Source of the DNA: Perkinsela sp. CCAP 1560/9
Lineage: Eukaryota > Protista > Euglenozoa: Kinetoplastea
Length of the DNA stretch: 64,000 bases
Reading direction: 5' to 3'
Assembly: GCA_965644495.1 (NCBI GenBank)
Contig: CBFFSA010000001.1
Location: 1,860,001-1,924,000 of the forward strand
The notes beneath the pieces were generated by a model, which saw only the letters and a list, made by a program, of their open reading frames with translations, was not told the origin of the DNA and did no database searches. Shown piece by piece: positions 24,642 to 35,764 of the stretch. How positions within the stretch are numbered: position 1 is the first letter of the stretch; every line of letters begins with the position of its first letter. The position numbers and the translations under genes are program-made.

Positions 24642-24713
24642 TCATATCCAGTGCACCAAATTATCATATCCAGTGCACCAATGTTTTTTAGATTATCATA
24701 TCCAGTGCACCAA
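24642..24713. repeat. Three copies of TCATATCCAGTGCACCAA upstream of the IS30-like gene
   Basis: Direct 18-bp repeats at ~24642, ~24664 and ~24696. Confidence 0.8.
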
Positions 24714-24805
24714 AAGTCTATTTTCGGAAATTCGTTGCTAGTTCTATTCTACTATAATCCCAATATCTATACTGTATACTCTAATTGTTCTTTTCTTTAT
24801 TCCTC

Positions 24806-25536
24806 ATGTCAAAATATCAGAGGCTCGGGCAAAGGGACAGAGTCACCATTTAAAAGATGTTCGAGGCAGGCGCGACACGGCGTGAGATTGGCACGGCCAT
24901 CGGAAAATTCCATAGCACCGTTAGCCGTGAGCTGGCCCGTAACAAGAAACGGGGTCGGCGCTACGAAGCCAACCGCGCACACAGAGTGTCAAAGCGTCGC
25001 CTGGTAAGCAAGGCTGTGCGTCCCCGGCTTATCCGTGGGCCTGTGGAGCGCCACATTAAGAAGCGCTTAGGACAACTTTACAGCCCCGAACAGGTGTCCA
25101 ACACCTTAGTTGTTGGCTCACAGGCTTCACCGTCCGTGACCACTATTTATCGCCATGTGGCACGCGACAAAGACGACAGCGGGAAGCTCTACAAATCCCT
25201 TCGGATTCGTGGCAAGCGTGCTTATAGGCGTCGCTTCAATTGAGGTCGCCCAACGATTCCAAACAGAGTCCCCATCCGACTTCGCCCTCAGATAGTTAAC
25301 AAGAGGCGTCGGGATGGGGATTGGGAAGCGGACCTAGTGGAAGGAAAAAACTCACCCTGGAAGGGTGCATTCTGACTTTGTGTGAGAGAAAGAGTCGGTT
25401 CGTTGTGCTACGTGTGCTACGATCAAAGCATGCGGAAGAAATTGCAAATCAAATTATAAAGGGCTTAAAGAAGTATATAGTTTGTACCATTACGTATGAC
25501 AACGGTACAGAATTTTCGAAACATGAGCGGGTGAAT
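24806..25536 (+). mobile_element. IS30-family transposase, disrupted and 3'-truncated
   Basis: MSKYQRL..*..STVSRELARN (HTH), YSPEQVS, SVTTIYR, RPQIVNKRRRDGDWEADLVEG, TLCERKSRF and ITYDNGTEF are diagnostic IS30 motifs. Two stops and one frameshift. Confidence 0.9.
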
Positions 25537-25539
25537 GAA

Positions 25540-26022
25540 ACGCGAACCAGCATCTACGTTGCATTGGTTGTCTTTTTCCGGGGCGGTCGATCCGTCCTCC
25601 ACCAATTTATACTTGTCATCTCAATGAATGCAATTGTCCGTCAGAGAGAAGATGAGTTTTCGCTCGCTCGGAATCTTGAATACCGGAACTCCATCGCTGA
25701 CGGAAAATAGAACAGAAAAAAGTCTTGGTTGGAGCTGGATCCAACTCAAGAACTCTTCATCACATGCCACAGAACGGAATTTTTCCTCCAAAGACATGAA
25801 AAAAAAGTTCTGGGCTTCGAAGAACAAGTTCGACGCTTCTTCTATGTATTCGCTTACAATGTTCGAAAGAGCCATTATGTGAGATTCGCCGCCATTACTC
25901 ACAAATTCTTTCCACCCTTCCTCGCGCCGCTCAATCTCACGATCGGAAGGCCTTCCACCCTGTGAAACATAATGAGTCATTGAACTCTTTCGTTTCGCAA
26001 ACAACGGCCTACCAGACGGCAT
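25540..26022 (-). pseudogene. Probable N-terminus of a transposase lying downstream of the accessory-gene homologue
   Basis: Same position and strand relative to 26097-26603 as the Harbinger transposase has to its accessory gene. Truncated at the IS30 junction; no catalytic motif is visible. Confidence 0.35.
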
Positions 26023-26096
26023 TCAGGATTTTTTTTTTGAAATTTATAAATGGCACCGTTTCTTTGGGGTAGCTTTTGTCACAACGAAAAATCGAT

Positions 26097-26603
26097 TTAT
26101 ATTTTATTCTGACAAGGGGAGTATACTTGAATGACAGAGCGAACTTCCATGGAAGCACAACCCATCTTTTCTCGTTTCGACTTTTCTTCCCGTTCAGGAC
26201 GGCTCACGTGCGTCAGCCGAACATCTCCATCCCTTTTTATAACCCCCAACTCCTTTAGACGACTTAAATACTCATCAGGGGGTATGTCCTCTGGTTCCGC
26301 AATTTCAGCGCAGCGATGGATATACTGTTGATGGATTTTCACACCAGCACTCAAAGGTCCCAGGCACTGATGCACATGGGCCATCAGGTTTTCTCTGTCT
26401 TGCTTTCTCTTTTCTGGCGAAGAGCCGGTGTATGAGGCCCATATTCGTCGAAGAGTGTTCGACAAGTGCATCTTGTCGAAGTCACGCAGAGGGTGTCCCA
26501 AATACTTAGCGACGGCTGAGGCGGATCGTAAGTAAACTTTGCTGGGGCCCGTTGTTTTACTCTGTGAGTAATCATCTCGAAAACTGTGGTACGATTCAAC
26601 CAC
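26097..26603 (-). pseudogene. 5'-truncated homologue of the Harbinger-linked accessory protein at 61936-62811
   Basis: KVYLRSASAVAKYL...RIWASY...LKELGVIK...RLTHVSRP aligns with KAYVRAA*SVGQYL...NMWASY...LKSMGVIK...RLLHVTRP. Confidence 0.7.
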
Positions 26604-26812
26604 GAGGGGGGGACACTAGTGTATGCATCACGTATTTTTCATTGATCTTTCCTCTCCCCTACTTAGAGTTTCATTTTGCCCTATTCTACTAAACACTAAA
26701 TAGTGGGACGGGATAATCCTTATACGTGTAGGAGTCCTTAGAACTGCTTTTAACTCTAATCCCAAAGTATACAAGTAGTTTTAGGACCCACGGGTTCACC
26801 TGCATATTTACA

Positions 26813-27721
26813 ATGGATGATGGCTCGGACGTTCGTCTGGGTAAAGTCACCACGCTGTTGCTCCCTCAAGAAGAAATGCTGCAGCATTTTGTCTCCAATC
26901 TCACCGAAAAGCATAAGTCCTGGCGTATTACGAAAAAAAAGGGTTCCTTCTTCAAGCGCGTGCAATCTCCAATCTCCGTATGCACCTGGGTAGGGGTGTT
27001 CTGCGATGAACATCAGCAGGTGACATCGATCCAGTGGATTTGGATGGGCCCCTCCAAGTCTTCTTCATGGGGCCTGACTGGTACACTACATTGGCAGTGG
27101 CTCCCTCCCACGCTACGTAGCTGTGATGTGAACTCGAACTTGCTTACCGGAACGGTGAGTCTGGATCGTTTACCACCTCGACTTTCCTTTCTGGATCTAT
27201 CGCAGAATAAATTTATCGGGGAGTTGTCCTTGACGCGATTGCCTGACACCTTGGAGAGTCTTCGTGTGAATAGGAATCAGTTCGAAGGGGGTGTGGATCT
27301 AACGCGTTTGCCAGCAGGACTCATGATGTTACTTCTTAGTGACAATAATTTTTCAGATCCTGTTGACTTGGCACATTTGCCGGAAAAAATGCAGGTGCTC
27401 GATTTAAGGACGAATAATTTTATTGGCGCACTTGACTTAGGTCACTTGCCACAAAGCATGCAAGCTCTAGATGTCTTCGAGAACAAATTTACAGGAACGC
27501 TTGACTTGGAACACTTGCCTCCTTTATTAGAATATCTAGATATCCGTTCGAATAATATGGCTGGATGCGTTACTTTTGGAAGTCTTCCGAAATCTTTGCG
27601 AACGCTTCGAATAGACCGAAATCACGATCTTTGTGGCGTGCTTGATGAATCTGTTCTTCCAGGTCAATTGAAAGATTCCATTACCATACAGGACACTGCC
27701 ATTCGTCACGCGAGCCCATAA
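26813..27721 (+). CDS. LRR family protein (paralogue 3, 8 repeats)
   Basis: 302 aa; RLGKVTTLLLPQE cap plus eight regular 23-aa repeats. Confidence 0.9.
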   Translation: MDDGSDVRLGKVTTLLLPQEEMLQHFVSNLTEKHKSWRITKKKGSFFKRVQSPISVCTWVGVFCDEHQQVTSIQWIWMGPSKSSSWGLTGTLHWQWLPPTLRSCDVNSNLLTGTVSLDRLPPRLSFLDLSQNKFIGELSLTRLPDTLESLRVNRNQFEGGVDLTRLPAGLMMLLLSDNNFSDPVDLAHLPEKMQVLDLRTNNFIGALDLGHLPQSMQALDVFENKFTGTLDLEHLPPLLEYLDIRSNNMAGCVTFGSLPKSLRTLRIDRNHDLCGVLDESVLPGQLKDSITIQDTAIRHASP

Positions 27722-29087
27722 AGCGCCACGTTTAGAATCACAGTCTGCCATTCTACTTGTATACTTTGACCCCCACTTTAATATGCACCCCCTGTATCCC
27801 CCCCTTTAATATGCCCTTTAATATGCACAAAAGTGAGGCTGAAGAAAGTTCATGTAGTGGGACCCACTGGGTAAATTGGATTTTTTCCCCTTTTTTGTTC
27901 TCCTTGGAAAGTCACTTACGCTACCAACTTCTAGCATTACATATTATTATGTACTACGTATTATGTTCCATAGTACTGTAGACTTTTCCCCCTCCTTGGT
28001 ACCACCTACGGCATCCCTGGCCCCGAGATGTTAAAGTTCCTAAACTCTGTCGCGGAAGGCTACCCAAGAATGGCGCAATCAATGGCACGTGGTTGCGTTT
28101 TAACATTGTCCAACTACACTCCCGAGCCAAATCCGCTCCCGAGAGATCTCGCGTGATCTCGCTTGATCACTTGAACTCGTTTTGGGCCGCATCCGCAGCC
28201 CCACAATTGCCTTTTCACTTTCAACTTCCGAGGGGTTCGCAATTCTGGATTTCAGATCATCATTGCTTTCAGTTCCTCTCATTGTCAAGATTAAAAGAAA
28301 CGGAATGCAAAACAACAAACCAGAGATATGCAAAAACCGTCTTACATGTACAATGTACATTAACTACGTGTACATTGAGTACATGTACATTAAGCTTAAA
28401 CATAAACGGCCTTGTTACATTAAGGCCTAGAATATGAGTATTACATACAATTTACAATGTGTATTACATACCATTGTACCGGTACACGAAATACAAATCC
28501 TTTTTGATTCGAATTGTACTCCACACCAAATCAAAAAACGAGTACTTTGCGGTCCCTCGAAGTCGAATCGCGGTCCCAGCACGGTCCATGACCCGCAGCC
28601 CCTGAGATCTTTCCTCCTACTTTCTAGTGACAGGCTTGTATCACACCTCTAGCCCTCCCCCCTTGAAAATATGTCAACTTTTTCCGATTTCTTTTTTCGA
28701 AATTCTGAAAAACGATGAAGTATCACATACAGGGAGTGATCGGGCGACGCACACACGCTCCACCACAACGGGACGTTCGACGCCCCCCTCCCCTCGTGTA
28801 AATCGCCGATAACCCAAGGGACGGAGGGTCAAATTGAAACGTGTTGACTTCCCTTCGGGAGGTCCCCTGTATGGGGGGTAAATCAGATGCTGCGGGGGAT
28901 CTAAAAATTGCAAAACCCTTCCAATTTTTGGAAAATGATAGCGCATTCGAGAGCTCTCGCAGAGTTCTATGTTTTAGAAAAACCATTTTGAGTTTTTGAG
29001 ATTTGAGCAGATACTGTTTTACTGAAATCTCCTTTATAATAAACAAAAGTAATCCAATTTACTCGACCAAAATAGTTTTCTAATTTT

Positions 29088-29730
29088 GGGTCGACTGCAG
29101 TCAAAATATACCCCAAAAAAATATTTTTTTAAAAATACATATTTGCATCAGAGACGACTTTCTTGATCCTTGTTCTTCTTCGTTTCTTGTTTTTCTTCGT
29201 TTCTTGTTTTTCTTCGTTCCTTGTTCTTCTTCGTTTCTTGTTTTTCTCCGTTTCTTGTTTTTAGTTTATTAGGTGTAACTCGTCGTAAATACGCCAATTT
29301 GCCGATGCTTTCCACCTCGTTAGCAACAAGTTAGATAGGCGTTCTGAAGAGAAAAGTGGAACTCCAGAATTTTAGGGTGGTACTTCGAGCTGTCTTCGAG
29401 CTTTTTGAAGCATCGCTTCCTTCTAGGTTTCTCTTCGCAGCTAAGTTATGGCGCATCGGTTCCGAAAGAGCGGTTCGCTAGACAGACAGCAAGGTACTCC
29501 GACGATGTTTGCAAAATTGACATCACTATCGTCAAACATACAAAAGTGCTTGACAAAGAGCAGTCCATAAAAACAAAAGTAAAAGCATAAGACATAAATA
29601 AAGCTAAAAAGTGGATGTAAATGATCTAAACTAAAAAGCGGATGTAAATTATCAAGAAAATCCTTTTTCCAAAAAGATATTTTCAAAAAGAATTGAAAAA
29701 AAATAAATTTAGAGTATTTAATTTTCTACC
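29088..29730. mobile_element. ~640-bp insertion with a 7-8 bp target duplication in the 5' flank of LRR paralogue 4
   Basis: Sequence contiguous in paralogue 2 (ctcgaccaaaatagt.ttctaattttct.ttcATG) is split here, with (c)taatttt on both sides. Contains a ttcttcgtttcttgtttt tandem repeat at ~29165-29262. Confidence 0.65.
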
Positions 29731-29743
29731 TAATTTTCTGTTC

Positions 29744-30547
29744 ATGAGTGATACCAACCCACAACGAACGGGAAGAGTATCCCAGCAAATCTTCCCCCTG
29801 GAAATACAACTCGCTCGGTTTATTTCGAGTATCGAGAATCCGCACGAGATGTGGAAGGACTCGATCCCGGGCTGTGAGTGGGCAGGGGTGACTTGTAAAG
29901 CGGAAGCGAATTTGATTAGAATGTTTTGGAGTTATGACGACTCTTTCTCGCATGGTGTCGTAAAAGCTCCTTTGAAAGGAAATCTCCAATGGAGATATTT
30001 CCCTGCGAAAGTGGAAGAGATGGGATTCTCCTATAATAGGATTGGGGGAGGCATCGATACCTCGTCCCTCTCCTCGCCTCTTTTGGAGTTATCGGGTTCT
30101 GTGAATGCCCTTTCCGGGCCACTGTGCCTGGAAGCCCTGCCACAGAACCTACGAGAGCTTTGCCTCAGGTGTAATGATTTAAATGGGACGCTTAATTTGA
30201 CGCAGCTACCTCCTTCTTTGGAACGCTTGTGGTTGAATTTCAACCACTTCAGTGGGGAAATTGAGCTAAGTGCACTTCCGTCTTCATTGCACACACTTCT
30301 ACTGTACGGTAATGAGCTCTCAGGGACCGTAGACTTTACTCAGCTACGAGAAAGCATTGTAGAAATAGATCTTGGCCGTAATCAATTTAACGGAACGGCG
30401 GATCTTTCAAATCTCCCTAAGAGTTTAAAGAGCATAAGTTTGCTCACATCTGCGGAGGAGGGAGAACGCAACGTGTGGAAAATATCAATATCTGAAGAGT
30501 GGGAAACATTCTCGGAAGGGTGCTGGCGCAGAATTAAAGCTAAGTAG
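29744..30547 (+). CDS. LRR family protein (paralogue 4)
   Basis: Start set at ATG 29744 by alignment with paralogue 2. About 300 bp of 3' flank is also duplicated. Confidence 0.88.
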   Translation: MSDTNPQRTGRVSQQIFPLEIQLARFISSIENPHEMWKDSIPGCEWAGVTCKAEANLIRMFWSYDDSFSHGVVKAPLKGNLQWRYFPAKVEEMGFSYNRIGGGIDTSSLSSPLLELSGSVNALSGPLCLEALPQNLRELCLRCNDLNGTLNLTQLPPSLERLWLNFNHFSGEIELSALPSSLHTLLLYGNELSGTVDFTQLRESIVEIDLGRNQFNGTADLSNLPKSLKSISLLTSAEEGERNVWKISISEEWETFSEGCWRRIKAK

Positions 30548-31119
30548 TCATGCAGTTGTGGAAACAGTAGAAACAATGTCATCTTAGAGGTCCACTGAAC
30601 ATGCTCGTAAATCGATCCATGGGGTACAAACACGCGAACCAAATACTCGCATGATTGCCACATTGTGAACTTATTTTCATTTTTTGTTGATACAAATATG
30701 TATGAAATCTCATAATTTCTCTATCATTTGATTCACCTCCACATATATTTTAGTCAGAGGACTCCACTCGCGATCCATCAGCGATTCCTGCCTGGTAATT
30801 GGTTTCTAATGGTCACTAATGGTAATGATTCCTAAGCATTCAAATATCTGAGCATAGCTTGCTCTTTTCATGCAACAAAATACCTTGTTAGCTAAAAGAA
30901 TTTTATTGAATCATCTTTATACATTTGTTAAATCTCTGTACATTCGTATTTCCCTCCTACGTATTACGCCAAAGTGGGATGACCTCAACGACTTCAAATG
31001 ATTTCGCCGAATACAATGTACCTTTGAAACTTTACATGAATTTAACGGCATGCACGTACACTTGGAAACGAAATCTCAAAATTCGGATGAAAGAAATGAA
31101 AATTTATACACTCTTTCGA

Positions 31120-31262
31120 TGCCCCCCGCAGTGGAGGGGGGCATTGCTGCACTGGCATTGCTGGATGTCACCGTCGTGAACCCACTGGCCCCGTCCTACA
31201 TGGAGAAGGAGGCCGCAGAGCCTTCTAATACCCTGAGGATGGCCGAGGCCAACAAGCGGCGC
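31120..31262 (+). mobile_element. Small RLE endonuclease fragment of a non-LTR retrotransposon
   Basis: GC-rich island encoding LLDVTVVNPLAPSY...AEANKRR. Confidence 0.6.
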
Positions 31263-31269
31263 TCACACG

Positions 31270-31354
31270 TATTATTTTCTCTTTTTTGGTTTCCTATCTC
31301 CATGATCTCTTTTCTTATAGGATTACCCCTTTCCTCCTTTTTTCCTTACCCCAA
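31270..31354 (+). promoter_or_regulatory. Polypyrimidine tract and AG: putative trans-splice acceptor
   Basis: ttttctcttttttggtttcc...tcttttcttatAG (AG at 31319-31320), shortly before the ATG at 31355. Confidence 0.5.
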
Positions 31355-32596
31355 ATGTTTCGTGCGCTCCAAAACCTGTTCGATCGCCCCTACCATGATA
31401 TTGTGTCGAGTGCCACCGCCCCCTCGCGAACCGAACCCGACCTACGCTTAAATCTCTATCTCTCCAGCCAAGCCAATGGGGGCATTCAAAACGCAAAGTC
31501 GATCCTTTCCTCGATGAAACAAAAACTCAAAAGTGAGAGCCTCGAGACGCGTTATCTCGCCCTTGTCGCCTTATCGGGGGTTGTCAAAAACGGAAATCAA
31601 ACCGTTCACTCCGTTTTGTCGAGTAAACGGGAATTGCAGCAGTGGTTGGTGCATCTGGCGTTTGGTGCACCCAACAGCCTCCAGCGGAATGGTAGCGGGG
31701 AGGGGCGAATGGAAAATGAGCGGATTTTAACAAGTCCTGGGGAAAGGACAGCTTTGGGGGGAGAGACCCGCGCTGTGCTTTTACGGGAAATTCAAAAAGA
31801 AGCACGGGATGTGATTGTGTATTGCGTCGCGCTGCAGGAAAGTGGGTTGGGTCGATTTCCGTACCTGCATGCTGTTTTTACGGCCATGAGAAATGCAGCA
31901 CAAGGGGATTTTGAGGGTAGAGAGCACCGGCGAGGGAATAACGAATTCACGAATTCCAGAACACCGCGTTCCGATGAAAGATACGAAAATAATCCGTATC
32001 GAGAAAACGAAAATCGGAATCCGCTTGACTCTGGCGTGTCGTTTGTCGATCAGGAAGAGCATATGTCACTGCTCCATTCAAGCTCGGATTCGCCTTTGCA
32101 TACAAATGGGGGTTTGAGAACAGGGACGTCTCTAGGCTCTCCAAGTGTGCTATCCGCAGCGAATCTAGACGAAATGTTGCAGCATTTGAGTGAATTCGCA
32201 ACGCTGCTGAAAAAACACGTTTCGACTTTCGAGGATGGAAAATCAGAAAATAGTGCAGATTATCTTGAGGAAGTCAAGGATGCACAAAAGGGAGTTTCTG
32301 AAGATTACGCAAAACTAATGAATCTGTTGTCCGCTTCTTCACTTGTTGACCAAACAACTCAGGAGGAACGTCAATTATTTCGGACACTTTCTGTGGAACA
32401 GAATCGAATGTTGGAAGAATACCAAAGTTTTGTGCAAAGCTCGGGTAAAAAACCACAGCCCAGTTCGATCTCAAAAGAGGTTTCGGCAACGCAAATCAGC
32501 TCCACGCCCGTGTCTGTTTCGTGGGAGGCCCTTTTCAAAACTAAAGGGCCCTCGCCGAAAGAGGAAGAGTCCCGACCGCTTCCGAAACTAGATTAA
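31355..32596 (+). CDS. VHS-domain protein (TOM1/GGA-like trafficking adaptor)
   Basis: N-terminus IVSSATAPSRTEPDLRLNL...KQKLKS...YLALVALSGVVKNG fits a VHS domain. A later helical segment resembles GAT. Confidence 0.7.
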   Translation: MFRALQNLFDRPYHDIVSSATAPSRTEPDLRLNLYLSSQANGGIQNAKSILSSMKQKLKSESLETRYLALVALSGVVKNGNQTVHSVLSSKRELQQWLVHLAFGAPNSLQRNGSGEGRMENERILTSPGERTALGGETRAVLLREIQKEARDVIVYCVALQESGLGRFPYLHAVFTAMRNAAQGDFEGREHRRGNNEFTNSRTPRSDERYENNPYRENENRNPLDSGVSFVDQEEHMSLLHSSSDSPLHTNGGLRTGTSLGSPSVLSAANLDEMLQHLSEFATLLKKHVSTFEDGKSENSADYLEEVKDAQKGVSEDYAKLMNLLSASSLVDQTTQEERQLFRTLSVEQNRMLEEYQSFVQSSGKKPQPSSISKEVSATQISSTPVSVSWEALFKTKGPSPKEEESRPLPKLD

Positions 32597-33534
32597 AGCT
32601 TCGTTGAAGGTTATTCTATATTACGGGATGTGTTCAACAAACTGCAATGTTACGATTGACATTTATTTCATAATGTGTTGTAATTTTGTAAACCGTGAAA
32701 GTATACACTGTATGAAGTAAGGGAGTGCTAGGTAGTGTAGAAAGTATACACTGCAAGGTAGTGTACATGTTCAATCTATAGTACAAATTTGGGAGAATAT
32801 ATAGAACAAATATAGGAGGTACTCTATACATTTCCCCTTCCTATTGATGTCCCCCCTTCTATTGTGGCGCCCAGCCCATCTTTTCGCTCGAGGACCTTCC
32901 AGAATTACCTTCTAGAATAGTTCGAGGGGTCATTTTCCGCAAGGATATGAACCTTGCCACAAGAGTTCGACCTTTCAGAATTCATTGCATGGATTGAACG
33001 TTCTCTTGCGCCATGTAGCACATCAACACCAGCGTGTGTGTGTGGGAGTGTATGAGCTATCATGGAGAGCGACAATGGTCAAAAGAATTGATTAGCCTTT
33101 GTTATCCTCTCAAAGGTCTGCGCTGTCTGGGCATTGCCTTTCTGTATGGCCGCTCCGAGGACTAATAAAATGACTCAGACAGCATTTTAGTCGGACGTGT
33201 ATGTCCTGGCAAGCCTAGACTAGATTTTTTGTTCACTAGGCTAGTCAAGAAGTTGAGGGTCTTCGGGCCCGGTACCCCCTAGGTGGTGAAGGCGGGGGGG
33301 GAAACTCCATTTCCGCCATCTCTTCGTGGGTTCGCCGTTCAGCCTGCCTAATGGAGAAAAACGACTCTGAGGCTTAGAACCTCCTGAGGGCATAGCACTC
33401 TGCCAGAGATCTCGAATGCGCTATTATTTTACAAAATTAGTCAAGTTCAACAAAATCATTTAACCCCGTGACATCTCATTTACCCTTCAGTGAGTCGGTA
33501 AAGAATTCCTTTCACGCTTTGTAATCGATTCACC

Positions 33535-34467
33535 ATGTTTAGACTTTCACAAATTTATTTTGCCGACCCGCAGCACTTATCCGAAGAGATGGCAAAACTT
33601 CACGTTTCTCCTCTCGGTAAAGTACGTGGATCGGAATTACCCCCGGAGTATGAATTGGTACGATTTATTGCGAATGTCAAAAATGCGTGTTCCTCCTGGA
33701 AGGTCTCCACACCCGCGTATAAATGGAAAGGGGTGTACTGTGATGCGGACTCACGTGTCACGACGATCAATTGGGACATCACGCGCTTGAGGGAGTTCTC
33801 GCTCGACGATCGCGGTCCGTCCGGGTCCCTTCGCGGGTCCTTGGAGTGGGCGTATTTGCCCCGTACCGTACAGCAGTTTGGTGTTCGAACGCATGAGCTC
33901 AGCGGAACGGTACCGCTCGATTTATTGCCTCCAGGTCTTACGGACTTCTGTGTGTACTCAAATACATTCAGTGGGGAAGTAAACCTAACCAACCTGCCGC
34001 GGACATTAGTGCAACTTGTTCTTGCGAGTAATGAGTTTAAAGGCTGTGTGGACTTTACTCATCTACCGCCTCATCTGGTTTCCTTGGACGTTTCTTATAA
34101 CCAACTTTCCGGGCAAGTCGACTTCTCATGTTTGCCGAACATGTTGAAGAGGCTTGATTTGTCGGCCAATCAATTTGAGGGCCCAGTGTCTTTCAACAAA
34201 ATTCCTCTCAACCTCGAAGTTTTGGGTCTTCAGCAAAATGAAAACCTTTGCGGTAAGCTTGATGAACACTTTTTTTATGAAAGACACCAAGCCATACGTT
34301 ACTCCCAGACCAAGATCCGTGGAGTTAATAAAATGCTCCCTAAAGGAATATTTGAACAAAGTCCGCCTTTTTATCATCGGATACCGAGTTTATCTTCCCG
34401 AGTTCGAGGGAGCGCACCACATCGAGGGAGCGTATCTTACAGAAAATACCCACATTACAGAAAGTAA
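33535..34467 (+). CDS. LRR family protein (paralogue 5, 6 repeats, basic C-terminal tail)
   Basis: 310 aa; LGKVRGSELPPEYEL cap, WKGVYCD, six repeats and an Arg-rich tail. Confidence 0.9.
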   Translation: MFRLSQIYFADPQHLSEEMAKLHVSPLGKVRGSELPPEYELVRFIANVKNACSSWKVSTPAYKWKGVYCDADSRVTTINWDITRLREFSLDDRGPSGSLRGSLEWAYLPRTVQQFGVRTHELSGTVPLDLLPPGLTDFCVYSNTFSGEVNLTNLPRTLVQLVLASNEFKGCVDFTHLPPHLVSLDVSYNQLSGQVDFSCLPNMLKRLDLSANQFEGPVSFNKIPLNLEVLGLQQNENLCGKLDEHFFYERHQAIRYSQTKIRGVNKMLPKGIFEQSPPFYHRIPSLSSRVRGSAPHRGSVSYRKYPHYRK

Positions 34468-35021
34468 AGTGAGTTTTTCCACGTTTCATTTCTAAACATT
34501 TTCCAATATGTATATGTATATAGGAAGTAGCGACATTGCTATTCCTTTAATGCTCGCATCAAATTTTCTAGAGCTCATATACGTTATGCTAAGACCAATA
34601 TTCATGGAGTTAATTAATGAATGAAAATATGCGGTTGAATTGTTTCGGTAAGTTTGGCCCGGCTTTGTATACTGTACTGTGTGTACGAAAACTGCAACAT
34701 TACCTATTTGTATCATCTCGATTTCATACTCCTTGATTCGCATCTTGATTGACGCTCTCTAAGCTTTGCGTTAATAAAAAATTATAAACACTTTGACGTG
34801 TTAACAGTATTGAACATAATTTGATTATGGCAAATACTATCATGTGATGTTACATGATTTAAAATTTGATATTATAACGCAAAAATTATAGCCGTTATCA
34901 CCAATCAATACCCCATTACGAATACGATTCGTATGTATTGAGAGGACTAATGCCTCAAGATCACCAAGTGCTTTTCATGTACTTCATGTTCAGTAACCCC
35001 ACGTTTTATGAAACTTATTCG

Positions 35022-35437
35022 ATGCACAATTTATGTGGTATAGACGACGGCTCCGATCTACGCCTCGGTAAGGTGACCGCTCTGCTACTCCCCGAAGAAG
35101 ATATGCTGGAACGCTTCGTTTCAAACGTAACAGAAAAGGATGAATCTTGGCGTACGACTAAGAAAAATATAAATGTATTCGGTCGTGTCAAACGCGTTTC
35201 CCCGTGTAATTGGTGGGGTTTTGTCTGCAATGAGAAACAGCAAGTAGAAGAGATAAATTTCGCGCGTGCATGTATACTCACAGGTTCGCTACAGTGAGAA
35301 TATCTGCCCTCCACGATATTGTCCTGCAAAGTGCGAAGACAAGACTTCACAGGCTCTGTCATGTTCCATGCACTACCGAGCCGGATGATTGAACTCGATG
35401 TATCACACAACAAATTCAGTGGTGAGTTATGCTTAAC
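35022..35437 (+). pseudogene. LRR pseudogene (paralogue 6), sister of 47780-48664
   Basis: Colinear with 47780. CAG TGA GAA at 35292-35300 where the sister has CAG TGG GAA. Truncated after about two repeats. Confidence 0.85.
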
Positions 35438-35764
35438 TCTTGAAAACAACCACAGCGTTTAACCAAGAGCCTAAAAAAGAAAATCTAGCAGGTCCATTAA
35501 CTTAATTTGAATGATTCAACTTACCCGATTACGCCCGTTTTTTTCCATGTTCCGGTTGAATATTCCAGTCTGGTGCGCTTATGCTTTCCTTTTTGTCAAA
35601 ACACGGGAACACATAGTCAGGGGAGTTCACATTCTCTCTTTTCCTTTTTTCCATTCTTCCGTTAGTTCATATTCCGCAACTTCTTATTCCCACGGTTTAT
35701 CCGTTATCCAAAAAGGAGGGAGGCGTATGAACAAACGTTGTATTAAACAAAACGCGTCTGAAAG

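Noticed and set aside
24642-24713. CRISPR-like or iteron repeats
   Set aside because: Only three 18-bp copies with very short gaps; they fit transposon subterminal repeats better.
11541-35297. Stop-codon reassignment, suggested by in-frame TGA where paralogues have TGG (17130, 35295; probably also 11541) and by single in-frame TAA codons in several TE genes
   Set aside because: Intact host genes, including the 1218-aa importin, have no internal stops, use TGG for Trp, and some end in TGA. The affected genes mostly also carry frameshifts or truncations, so ordinary decay explains the pattern.
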